Of a stretch of 64,000 nt of DNA, positions 48,532 to 57,673 are shown piece by piece. Numbering within the stretch: position 1 is the stretch's first letter; each line of letters opens with the position of its first letter. The notes under the pieces were generated by a model that worked only from the letters and a program-made list of their open reading frames with translations, searched no databases and had not been told where the DNA came from. Source of the DNA: Candidatus Saccharimonadota bacterium (GTDB lineage: Bacteria; Patescibacteriota; Saccharimonadia; CAILAD01; BJGX01); assembly GCA_014191035.1 (NCBI GenBank), contig BJGX01000001.1, forward strand, positions 24,187-88,186, written 5' to 3'. The translations under genes were made by a program, and so were the position numbers.

Positions 48532-50727
48532 ATGCTTTTGCTTACTGGAGTTTTACTCGTTTTTATTTCTAATATAATATTGGGTATTTTTGTTTTAATT
48601 AATAACCCAAGAAATATCTCGAACAGGTACTTTGCGCTAATGTGTATTGGCTTATCTTCATGGTCAATATTTAACTACCTAGCTGATTTCAACTTGGATA
48701 ATTCACTTTTATGGAGCCGATTATCTTTTTTGGCTATAGTTTTGTCATTGGCTTTTTTACTTATGTTTCTTAACAACTTCCCAATTAGGGTCATTAAAAC
48801 CAAATTAGTGGAATTGCTTACACTAATTATGGCGATAATAATCGGAATAGTATCGCTTTTACCTAATTTCATTACCGGTGTAGAAATAAAAAACCAAGTT
48901 TCTAATGTAAAAACTGGCGATTTATATAATTTATTTCTAGTTTATTTTGTTGCAGCGATAGTGATAAGTATGGTGATTATTATTTTCTCATTTAAGCGCA
49001 GCAGTAAAAAAGATAGACCAAGAGTAGTATTCTTAATTTCGGGAATATTAATAATGACCGTACTCGCTTCAATTACGAATCTAATACTACCGCTTATTAC
49101 AGGAAATAATTACTATGCTAAATTTGGTTCATTGTTTACGTTATTTTTTGTAGCCTTAACAGCTTACGCAATTATTAAACACAGCCTATTTGATATTAGA
49201 GCAGTCGTAGTAAGATCATTTGCATACATCTTTTCTATAATGACTATTGCTATAGTTTATGCCTTTATCGCATTTGGTGTGTTAGGAAGGTTTATCTTTT
49301 CAAGCGGGAACGTACAGGTACCTTTGCAACAGCAATTTGCTAATACAATCCTTGCGGTAGCTTTAGCATTTAGCTTTCAGCCTATTCGTAGATTTTTTGA
49401 GAGAGTCAGTAACCGCATATTTTATAGGGACAGATATGACGCTCAAGCGGTTATTGATGATATAGGCAGGGCAATGGCATCTGAAATTAAAATTAATCTA
49501 CTATGCAATAAGGTGGCTAGCGAAATTATGAACAAATTGAATATTTCTGCAGCTGACATAGTTGTTCTTCAGAAGAATGAATTGATTTATTTCACTAAAA
49601 ACATAAAAGCCAAGTTGAATGAAAACGAAATTAAAGATATTTATGAGTTAGGCAACAGAACTATTTATATCGACGATACCAATAGTTCTTCAAAAATAAA
49701 ACTAATGCGTAGTTTAAATATTTCACTCAGTGTTCCGCTAAGAACAAAGAATAGCTTCTTGGGATATTTAATACTCACAGAAAAGCAGTCGGGGAGTACA
49801 TACAATAGCCAAGACATTAAGACTATTAAAATTATCTCAAATGAATTGAGTGTAGCATTAGAAAATGCAAAAGCATTTATGGAGATACAGAATTTTAATG
49901 AAACGCTGCAAGACAGAATAAACAAGGCGACTAAGAGTCTGCAAAAAGCCAATGCCCAACTTAAAGAGCTGGATGAGGCAAAAGATGAATTTATTTCTAT
50001 GGCTAGCCATCAATTAAGGACACCACTCACTACTGTAAAAGGCTACGTAAGTATGTTAGATGAGGGTGATTTTGGAAAACTTACCAATGAGCAAAAGCAG
50101 AGTGTGGATCTCGCGCTAGATGGAAGCAATAGAATGGCAAGACTAATTGATGATTTATTAAATGTAAGCCGAATGGAAGCTGGCAAATTCTATATTGAAC
50201 CCACCAAGGTTGATTTAATTAAATTAGTACAAGAAGAGTTGAATTTATTACAAACAATGGCGAAAAGTAAAAAAGTAAGTCTATCTGCAAAACTGCATAT
50301 TAATAAATTGCACGCGCTAAATTTAGACGAAAATAAGACCAGACAGGTTGTAATGAATTTAATTGATAATGCAATACATTATAGTGAGCCACCAAAAGGC
50401 GGGGGCAGGGTTGAGGTTTCATTGGCTGAAAAGGAAAGTGAAGTAATATTTAAAGTAATCGACAATGGCATCGGTGTGCCGAAAGATCAACAATCCAAAT
50501 TGTTTACTAAAATGTTTAGAGCTAGAAACGCAAAAGAAATCAGACCAGATGGTACCGGCTTAGGTTTGTTTTTAGTCAAAAGAGTTGTTGAAGATCAGGG
50601 CGGCAGGCTAATATTTGAATCTAAACCAGGAAAAGGCAGTGTATTCGGATTTGCAATGCCAATACATAACAAAATAAAAATAGATAACACTGCAAAAAGA
50701 AATTTAAATAAAGGAAGCAGTAAATGA
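48532..50727 (+). CDS. Membrane sensor histidine kinase (HisKA_7TM-like + GAF + HisKA + HATPase)
   Basis: About 9 TMs, GAF-like segment, ASHQLRTPL H-box, NLIDNAI, DNGIG, GTGLGL. Confidence 0.92.
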   Translation: MLLLTGVLLVFISNIILGIFVLINNPRNISNRYFALMCIGLSSWSIFNYLADFNLDNSLLWSRLSFLAIVLSLAFLLMFLNNFPIRVIKTKLVELLTLIMAIIIGIVSLLPNFITGVEIKNQVSNVKTGDLYNLFLVYFVAAIVISMVIIIFSFKRSSKKDRPRVVFLISGILIMTVLASITNLILPLITGNNYYAKFGSLFTLFFVALTAYAIIKHSLFDIRAVVVRSFAYIFSIMTIAIVYAFIAFGVLGRFIFSSGNVQVPLQQQFANTILAVALAFSFQPIRRFFERVSNRIFYRDRYDAQAVIDDIGRAMASEIKINLLCNKVASEIMNKLNISAADIVVLQKNELIYFTKNIKAKLNENEIKDIYELGNRTIYIDDTNSSSKIKLMRSLNISLSVPLRTKNSFLGYLILTEKQSGSTYNSQDIKTIKIISNELSVALENAKAFMEIQNFNETLQDRINKATKSLQKANAQLKELDEAKDEFISMASHQLRTPLTTVKGYVSMLDEGDFGKLTNEQKQSVDLALDGSNRMARLIDDLLNVSRMEAGKFYIEPTKVDLIKLVQEELNLLQTMAKSKKVSLSAKLHINKLHALNLDENKTRQVVMNLIDNAIHYSEPPKGGGRVEVSLAEKESEVIFKVIDNGIGVPKDQQSKLFTKMFRARNAKEIRPDGTGLGLFLVKRVVEDQGGRLIFESKPGKGSVFGFAMPIHNKIKIDNTAKRNLNKGSSK

Positions 50728-51905
50728 ATATAAAACTTCTAAAGGATTTAGATTATAGAAACAAAAAAGTCTATTTAAGGGTGGACTACAACGTGGTTGA
50801 AAACAGCAAAGTTATTGATGAGTTTAGAATAGAGCAAAGTCTGCCAACAATTAAAGAATTACTCGCCAAGAACTGCTCTTTGATACTCGCAAGCCATAAT
50901 GGGAGGCCAGAAGGTAAGGTAGAAAAAAGCTTAAGTCTAAGGCCGGTCGCTCAAGTTTTAGCAAATTTATTAAAACGCAAAGTTTCCTTTATAGATGATT
51001 GCGTAGGACAAGAAGTCTCTGCTGAAGCAGAAGCACTTAAGCCAGGCGAAATTATGCTCTTAGAAAACTTGAGATTTCATGAAGCAGAGGAAAAGAATAA
51101 TTCATTGTTTGCAAAATCTATGGCTAGGCTGGCTGAGGTCTATGTTGATGATGCATTTGCAAATGCTCATAGAGCCCATGCAAGTATGGTTGGTGTTCCA
51201 AAGTACTTGCCACACGCTGCAGGCCTACTTATGCAAAAAGAATTTGAAACATTAACAGGCCTTCTCAAATCACCACGTAGGCCATTTCTGGCAGTAGTTG
51301 GCGGAGCTAAAATATCAACTAAAATAGAGGTCTTAAAAAGTCTAATTGGTAAGGCGGATATAATTTTTATTGGTGGGGCTATGGCAAACACTTTTTTGCA
51401 GGCCCAGGGCTTTGACGTTGAAAAAAGCTTGACCGAACCAGATCTAATTGACACCGCTAGAGAAATAATTGAATTATCTAAAAATAAAAAAGTTGATTTA
51501 ATATTGCCTACAGATCTTGTGGTAGCAAAAGCAGTAAAGCCAGGCGCCAATAAAAGAACTGTCGAAGTTGGAAAACTAGAAAAAGGGGACATTGCTCTTG
51601 ATATAGGTAAAGAAACAATGAGGAGTTTAATACCTATAATCAAAAAGGCTAAAACAATTTTCTGGAATGGAACTTTGGGTTATGCGGAATTGTCTGATTA
51701 TGCTTTGGCCAGTAAGGACTTAGCATATCTAATGGCATTAAGAAAGGGCAAAGCAGAAACAGTAATTGGTGGAGGCGATACAACTGCTTTTGTAGAAAAA
51801 CTTGGAATGCACAATCGTTATTCATTTGTAAGCACTGGTGGTGGCGCGAGCCTGGAGTTACTTTCTGGAAAGCAACTCCCAGCTTTAGAAGCTTTAAGGA
51901 CCTAG
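50724..51905 (+). CDS. pgk: Phosphoglycerate kinase
   Basis: RVDYNV, SHNGRP, LENLRF, DAFANAHR, GGGDT, STGGGAS. Confidence 0.96.
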   Translation: MNIKLLKDLDYRNKKVYLRVDYNVVENSKVIDEFRIEQSLPTIKELLAKNCSLILASHNGRPEGKVEKSLSLRPVAQVLANLLKRKVSFIDDCVGQEVSAEAEALKPGEIMLLENLRFHEAEEKNNSLFAKSMARLAEVYVDDAFANAHRAHASMVGVPKYLPHAAGLLMQKEFETLTGLLKSPRRPFLAVVGGAKISTKIEVLKSLIGKADIIFIGGAMANTFLQAQGFDVEKSLTEPDLIDTAREIIELSKNKKVDLILPTDLVVAKAVKPGANKRTVEVGKLEKGDIALDIGKETMRSLIPIIKKAKTIFWNGTLGYAELSDYALASKDLAYLMALRKGKAETVIGGGDTTAFVEKLGMHNRYSFVSTGGGASLELLSGKQLPALEALRT

Positions 51906-52765
51906 GGTAGGTCGTTCGCTTTTCTTATTCTATAAAGCTCAAATATCATATTAGAACTCTGTATATAGGATGAATTAACCGTGGTTGCATTTTTATAGCC
52001 AGCTTCCGCAACTAGTCTCTTTGTTATTTCGCTGTATTTGCCATATGGGTAAGCAAAGCTATTTATTTTAATTCCTAGTTTTTCTTCAAGTATTCTTTTG
52101 CTTTCGAATATTTCATATCTCTGTACTTTTTCACTTTGAGAACTTAATGAAGTGTGGTCAACTGTATGAGAACCTATCTCTACGAGACCTGAAGAAGCAA
52201 TTGACTTAATTTCATCCCAATTCATATAGGCATCTCCACAGTTATTTGCTTTTTTCTCTACCCCTAAGCACCAGCCACTGTTTCTACTGCCGATTATTAT
52301 ATAGAAAGTAGATTTGAGATTAAGCTTTCTAAGTATTTCAAGAGCTTTTAATTGGTCGCTAAATCCATCATCAAAAGTGATTGCAACGGGCTTGGAGGGT
52401 CCTACTATTTTGCCAGTAATAATTTCTGTTGCTTCATTCATTGTCACCGCAGTGTAACCGCGCTCTATAAGTAATTTCATTTGGCTTTCAAAGTCTTGAG
52501 GTGTTTTATGGTATAAAATAATTGGCAGTTTTATATTTTTACCAGAAACACTATTAACTAAGGTAGTTTCTTTATTTTCAGGTATAACCGATTTTCCTGC
52601 CAGAGCAATTTTGCTAAGAGACTTTTCTTTTTGTTTAGTAAATGATATTCTTGTCGGCTCATAAAAAGATAAGAGGTAAATTAAAATTACGGTAATAATT
52701 AGAATTAGAATAGAAATTGTAATTAAAGTAAATTTTTGAAATCTGTTTAAATCTGATATTTTCAT
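51902..52765 (-). CDS. Membrane-anchored polysaccharide deacetylase (CE4)
   Basis: ILYH, ITFDDG, GSHTVDH, FAYPYG. Confidence 0.9.
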   Translation of the reverse strand: MKISDLNRFQKFTLITISILILIITVILIYLLSFYEPTRISFTKQKEKSLSKIALAGKSVIPENKETTLVNSVSGKNIKLPIILYHKTPQDFESQMKLLIERGYTAVTMNEATEIITGKIVGPSKPVAITFDDGFSDQLKALEILRKLNLKSTFYIIIGSRNSGWCLGVEKKANNCGDAYMNWDEIKSIASSGLVEIGSHTVDHTSLSSQSEKVQRYEIFESKRILEEKLGIKINSFAYPYGKYSEITKRLVAEAGYKNATTVNSSYIQSSNMIFELYRIRKANDLP

Positions 52766-52792
52766 TGATGAAATATTATATCAGGAAAAATT

Positions 52793-54493
52793 TTATGTAG
52801 AAATATTAATCGCTGGATTATTGTTTTGCTGGTTGTCGTTTGCAGCCCTCGAGACTGGGTTTAGTTCTGTGGCAGCTTTTTGAAAGCTAGAATTTTCCTG
52901 AACTGGACCTTGGGGGACAATAGGTATCGGATTCTCTGGTGGGTTTATTCTTACATCATTTACGTCTGGAAATTCTTTAGGGGTTAACTGGGCATTCCTA
53001 AGGCTGCCAGCATTTTCGTTGTGGTCTGTTGCCACTTCAATATTATGATTTGTTTGGACCTTACCAGGTTCAGTATTTCCGATTCCGAAGTGTAGGTCTC
53101 TGGAATTGGTTGTTTTAGCTTGAGATATTTCCTTATTAATTTCTGGCCCGGTAGTTGGCTGCGCCTGAGGAGCAGAATGTTGAGAAGGTATCGGGCTGCC
53201 TTCTGTTTTTGTTCTTTCGGGTGCAGGCATGTTCATTTGTTGCTCATCACCTAATTCACCCTGCAATCCACCCAGATCGTTCTGAATGCCTAAGAGCCTA
53301 TTGTATTTAGCAATTCTTTCACCTCTGTTGGGGGCGCCAATTTTTATTCCATCAGCCCCAATTGCATAAGCAAGGTCAACTATAAAGTCATCATTATTTT
53401 CTCCGCTTCGGTGGCTAACAATTATTTTTAAGCTAGATTGCTTTGCAGTCATTATTGCATTTATGACTTCCGACATAGATCCAACTTGGTCGGGCTTGAT
53501 TATCACACCTTCGATAATTTTGTTTTCTGCAAATTCTGTAATTTTTGCAGAGTTCGTAACTGTGAAATCATCACCAATAACCATAAATGAGCCTTTATCC
53601 CTTGGAGTAGTTTTTAGTAGCTCAATTCCCTCTAAATCATCCTCAGCAAAAGGATCTTCGATGGAGTATAGACCAAATTTACTATTCCAGTCTAGGTAGA
53701 CAGCCATTAAATCACTTGCATGAACAGTTTGTCCTTCAAAATTATAATTTTTGCCATCATAGAAGCTGTTGGCAGCAACATCTAGTGCTAAATCAAATTT
53801 CTTTTCAGACTTTTGGCTTAGACCAGCTAAAGCCTCAAGCACTACTTCAGTCCTGGCACCAAGAGGTGCAATCGCACCTTCATCTCCAGAAAGCTTGGCA
53901 GTAGGACCATAAAGACTAGCCATAATTGTTTTTACTGTCTCATAGACCCTAACAATTTCTTCTATCGCTTCATTCGGTTTATTGGATTGAGGAACAATCA
54001 TGAATTCTTGTATGTCCAGGCCTGGAGCGTGCTTTCCTCCACCTACTATGTTTGCAAAAATTCTAGGAAATTCTGGGCTGGTTTTGAGCTTCTCAGCTAT
54101 GTATTGCCAAAGAGGCTTATTGCTTAATTTTGCACTAAGCTTAAAATACGCAACCGAAAGGGCAAGTATGGTGTTTGAGCCAAGGGCTTCTTTGTTTGTG
54201 GTGCCATCTAGTGCGATTAAAAGGCTATCAAAATCTTCTTGGTGGTCTAGAGGGTAGCCAATGAATTTTGGAGCTATTACATTTTTTATTGTCTTTACAT
54301 TTTCATTAACACTCTTTCCGCCGTAGCTGTCTGCTCCGTCAAATTTTTTTACTGCCTCATTTTTACCAACACTCGCGCCTCCTGGAACTACAAAGCTAGC
54401 TGCCTTGCCATTTTCTGCCGTCATTTTAACTTTAACAGTAGGCTCGCCCCTAGAGTTTAATACTTGAGATGGAATTATGCTTTTTATTCCCAT
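52793..54493 (-). CDS. eno: Enolase with ~158-aa low-complexity C-terminal extension
   Basis: NSRGEPTV, QEFMI, GDEG, SIEDP, GDD, SHRSGE, RGERIAKYN. Confidence 0.92.
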   Translation of the reverse strand: MGIKSIIPSQVLNSRGEPTVKVKMTAENGKAASFVVPGGASVGKNEAVKKFDGADSYGGKSVNENVKTIKNVIAPKFIGYPLDHQEDFDSLLIALDGTTNKEALGSNTILALSVAYFKLSAKLSNKPLWQYIAEKLKTSPEFPRIFANIVGGGKHAPGLDIQEFMIVPQSNKPNEAIEEIVRVYETVKTIMASLYGPTAKLSGDEGAIAPLGARTEVVLEALAGLSQKSEKKFDLALDVAANSFYDGKNYNFEGQTVHASDLMAVYLDWNSKFGLYSIEDPFAEDDLEGIELLKTTPRDKGSFMVIGDDFTVTNSAKITEFAENKIIEGVIIKPDQVGSMSEVINAIMTAKQSSLKIIVSHRSGENNDDFIVDLAYAIGADGIKIGAPNRGERIAKYNRLLGIQNDLGGLQGELGDEQQMNMPAPERTKTEGSPIPSQHSAPQAQPTTGPEINKEISQAKTTNSRDLHFGIGNTEPGKVQTNHNIEVATDHNENAGSLRNAQLTPKEFPDVNDVRINPPENPIPIVPQGPVQENSSFQKAATELNPVSRAANDNQQNNNPAINIST

Positions 54494-54533
54494 AAGATAA
54501 TAAAATTATAGCATAAGCTTAATAATCATAAAA

Positions 54534-55550
54534 CTAAGTCAACTTAATTAGGTTTTGCGGGTGATTTTTAATAAATCCATAAATGTTTTGGGCGGTAGTT
54601 TTTCTAAGAATTGCGAGTGATTCATTTGAGTTAAAGGCATTATGGGGGGACAAAATCACATTGTTCATTTTTGATAGTATATCCACTTCGGCCAGACTAT
54701 ATAGATTATCTTCACCTTTAAACAGCAGCTCTGCTTCAGTATCAATGTCTATAGTTCCCTCTCCCTCGACGCAATCAAGCCCGGCACCCCTAATACGATT
54801 ATTCTTCAGCGCATCTACCAAATCTAATGTATTTACTATTGGACCACGTGCAGTGTTAATAAGAATTGCGTCATCTTTCATCATTTCGAGTGTAGATTTA
54901 TTAATCATGTGCTTAGATGTTGGGTTGAGGGTAGCATGGATAGTTAAAACGTCAGCGCCTTTTAATAGCTCATTTAACGAAACATAACTAAAGCCAATTT
55001 TTTGCGAGGCTTCTTCGTTAGGATAAGGATCATAGGCAATTACATGCATTCCCATTGCAGTCGCAATTTTGGCTACAGAAGTGCCAACTCTTCCTGCTCC
55101 AATAATTCCAAGAGTTTTGCCACTTAATACATTGCCAGTTAGTTTTTTATAGTTAACTCTTCCAGTCTCTACCGAATCCATTACTGCGGGCATCTTATGA
55201 AAAAGCATTAAAATTAACATTATTGCGTATTCAGCCACAGTAGTTTTGCCATAACCAGGTACGTTGCTTACAGCGACGCCCTTATTTTTACAAGCCTTAA
55301 GATCAATATTGTCGTATCCGGTTGCTCTAACTGCAATAAACTTCAGCTTTGGCATATTTGAAATTACCGGTGCGTCTATTTTGCTAGTGTTAAATACACT
55401 GATAATTTCCGCCTCTTTGTATTCATATGCAGGTATTTCTTCAATCGACTTATCAAATATTAACAGCTTAAATTTAGGCCCATGAAAATATCTTTCAAAA
55501 GAAGCCTTTTCTTTTGCTGAAACTTCAAAAAAAGCAATTATCTTTGACAT
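54534..55550 (-). CDS. D-2-hydroxyacid dehydrogenase (D-LDH-like)
   Basis: RATGYDNID, GAGRVG, NTARG, LDCVEGE, SPHNAF. Confidence 0.9.
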   Translation of the reverse strand: MSKIIAFFEVSAKEKASFERYFHGPKFKLLIFDKSIEEIPAYEYKEAEIISVFNTSKIDAPVISNMPKLKFIAVRATGYDNIDLKACKNKGVAVSNVPGYGKTTVAEYAIMLILMLFHKMPAVMDSVETGRVNYKKLTGNVLSGKTLGIIGAGRVGTSVAKIATAMGMHVIAYDPYPNEEASQKIGFSYVSLNELLKGADVLTIHATLNPTSKHMINKSTLEMMKDDAILINTARGPIVNTLDLVDALKNNRIRGAGLDCVEGEGTIDIDTEAELLFKGEDNLYSLAEVDILSKMNNVILSPHNAFNSNESLAILRKTTAQNIYGFIKNHPQNLIKLT

Positions 55551-55555
55551 AAGAA

Positions 55556-56812
55556 TTATCCTTCCCTCAATACTACAATAAAATCAGATACATTTGCAGT
55601 AATTTTATTAATATTGAAAACGCCATTTATAGATTTTAAAGTCTTATAGCTTTGGTTGTCTTCTACGGCCTCAGTTGCATTATTATTTTTTAACTTCAAA
55701 CTTTCTGTATCTGTGATTGCTCCTGCGATGTCTATATTGTCTTTGCCGTCACTAGCGGCCGATACTATTGCTGATCGAGGTTTTAAAAATGGCAACGCAG
55801 ACAATGACAAGTCTTGATTTCTACCGCCCTTGCCGGGTTTTTTTACAATTACAGTAGTTTCACCGCAAGCCAATAGTGCTTGGCCTTTTTTTACTGAACC
55901 AGCCATTTTGGGTCCAATTTCGCACGCAAGACCGCTTAAGTTGTCAGAGTATATTACTGGATTGTAGCCAATTTCCTTGGCTTTTTTACTCATTGCTTCG
56001 AGCGTGGTAGAACCTGAGGCTAGGATAACTTTATTAACTTTTTTAAAATATTTATCGTCTTTTGGGGTTTCAGATAGCTTTATATTTAATAGATTAAATT
56101 TATTAGCAATTTCCTTGGCCTGTTTTAAGCTAGACCTATCTTTGCTTATAGGACCTGATGCGACAATATCGATATCATTTCCTGGCACGTCTGAAATTAC
56201 TAGCCCTAGCACGGATGCAGGGTAGGCGTATTTTGCCATGTTGCCACCATGTATGCTGCTAATATGTTTACGAACAATATTTAGCTCTTGAATAGTGGCA
56301 CCATTTTTTAGCATATGATTGCTCACAGTTCTAAGGTCTGTGCATGTGTTGTTTTTGGCAGGCAGGCAAGCTAAGGAGCTTCCGCCTCCGCAAACAATTG
56401 CAATAACTAGATCTTTTGCTTTTGCCTCCCTAAGAGTTTTGATAAGTTTTTTTGTGGCTAAAATATTTCTTTCGGAAGGCAGGGGGTGTGTGCCTGCAAA
56501 TACTTTTATTTTTTTTAATTTTCGATGTTTCAAATCTATTGCTACACCGGCTTTAATGGTTTCTGGCCCTATTAAACTTTCAAGTTTTTGTGCAATCAGC
56601 CCGCTTCCTTTTCCAATTGCAACAACAAATATATTTTTAAACTTCTTAAAATCATATTTTTTATTCTCAATGCTTAAAATATTTTGCTCGAAAGATAGGT
56701 CTTTTCCAATCAGGCTAGCTATACTTATGGACTCATATCCAGCCTCGACGATGTCTAGGGCATCTTTTCGTATCTTGTTGGTTGCAAGCTTATCGAGCTT
56801 TTTTATAATCAT
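55556..56812 (-). CDS. Glycerate 2-kinase (DUF4147/MOFRL family)
   Basis: IGKGS, HPLP, GGGSSL, NIVRKHIS, SDVPG, GETTV, GGRNQ, SDGKD; ATG 56812 preferred. Confidence 0.9.
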   Translation of the reverse strand: MIIKKLDKLATNKIRKDALDIVEAGYESISIASLIGKDLSFEQNILSIENKKYDFKKFKNIFVVAIGKGSGLIAQKLESLIGPETIKAGVAIDLKHRKLKKIKVFAGTHPLPSERNILATKKLIKTLREAKAKDLVIAIVCGGGSSLACLPAKNNTCTDLRTVSNHMLKNGATIQELNIVRKHISSIHGGNMAKYAYPASVLGLVISDVPGNDIDIVASGPISKDRSSLKQAKEIANKFNLLNIKLSETPKDDKYFKKVNKVILASGSTTLEAMSKKAKEIGYNPVIYSDNLSGLACEIGPKMAGSVKKGQALLACGETTVIVKKPGKGGRNQDLSLSALPFLKPRSAIVSAASDGKDNIDIAGAITDTESLKLKNNNATEAVEDNQSYKTLKSINGVFNINKITANVSDFIVVLREG

Positions 56813-56854
56813 AAGAGTATTGTAGCACTTAGCAGTTAATGAATATATTTTGCT

Positions 56855-56940
56855 AAACAAAAAACAGTTGGTGATCCCAAGGGGATTCGAAGCTTCGATT
56901 GTAAGTATGAAAACTCTAGATTGTGAGTCCTAAGGACAGC
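56855..56940 (-). pseudogene. Decayed tandem copy of tRNA-Glu
   Basis: 56855-56891 is identical to 56952-56988 (37 bp); ATGAAAAC and GTCCTAA remnants follow. Confidence 0.7.
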
Positions 56941-56965
56941 AGATTTTTCACAAACAAAAAACAGT

Positions 56966-57040
56966 TGGTGATCCCAAGGGGATTCGAACCCCTGTTGCCA
57001 GGATGAAAACCTGGTGTCCTAACCCCTAGACGATGGGACC
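56966..57040 (-). tRNA. tRNA-Glu(TTC)
   Basis: CCAGG-TTTTCAT-CCTGG, CCA. Confidence 0.96.
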
Positions 57041-57168
57041 ATCAACTGTTTTCTTATAAAATAACCATACAATTCTAACATATTTATGCTGTTGTTTCAA
57101 CCTGTAAATTGGACATGATAGGCGAAAGAGTGTATAAATTATAAGCATTAGAGAATTATGGGGGAATT

Positions 57169-57606
57169 ATGACAAACATTCAGCCAACAATGGAAAATTT
57201 TAATCAATCATCAAAAGAGACTTTAGATTTGCGGCCAGAAGGCCATGAGGCTGCTACGCAAGCTGCACAAGCTGAAAAACAAAAATTACTCGCTCAGCAG
57301 GCAGCAGCTTCAAGCAATCTTCCGAAAGGAATGGACATCAAGCAATCACCCACCTCAAAAGGCTTTAATCAGGTGCCGGGAATTAACAGTCAAGCGACTG
57401 GAGAAGCAAATGTCTTTAGGCTTAGTCCGAGTGAATTAGAAAATCCACCAGACCAAGCTCAGTCCGAAGCGGCTCCACAAACTCAAGTAATACAAACTGA
57501 TCAGGCATCTACAGACACTCAGGCAATGCCTAGTCAAAATGAAGCTGTTATTACTCCACCAGCAAAGAAGCCCGGATTTTTTGGTAAACTATTTGGTAAA
57601 AAGTAA
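57169..57606 (+). CDS. Disordered Q/A/S/T/P-rich protein with C-terminal amphipathic helix
   Basis: Low complexity throughout; ends KKPGFFGKLFGKK. Confidence 0.7.
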   Translation: MTNIQPTMENFNQSSKETLDLRPEGHEAATQAAQAEKQKLLAQQAAASSNLPKGMDIKQSPTSKGFNQVPGINSQATGEANVFRLSPSELENPPDQAQSEAAPQTQVIQTDQASTDTQAMPSQNEAVITPPAKKPGFFGKLFGKK

Positions 57607-57673
57607 TAAATTAATTCAATAGAATTATCTTCAAACCTTTTACGTATGAGTAAAAAGCATTACAATTATACTT

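Noticed and set aside
56855-56988. 37-bp direct repeat as a possible mini-CRISPR
   Set aside because: The repeat is the tRNA-Glu 3' end, there are only two copies and no cas genes in the window.
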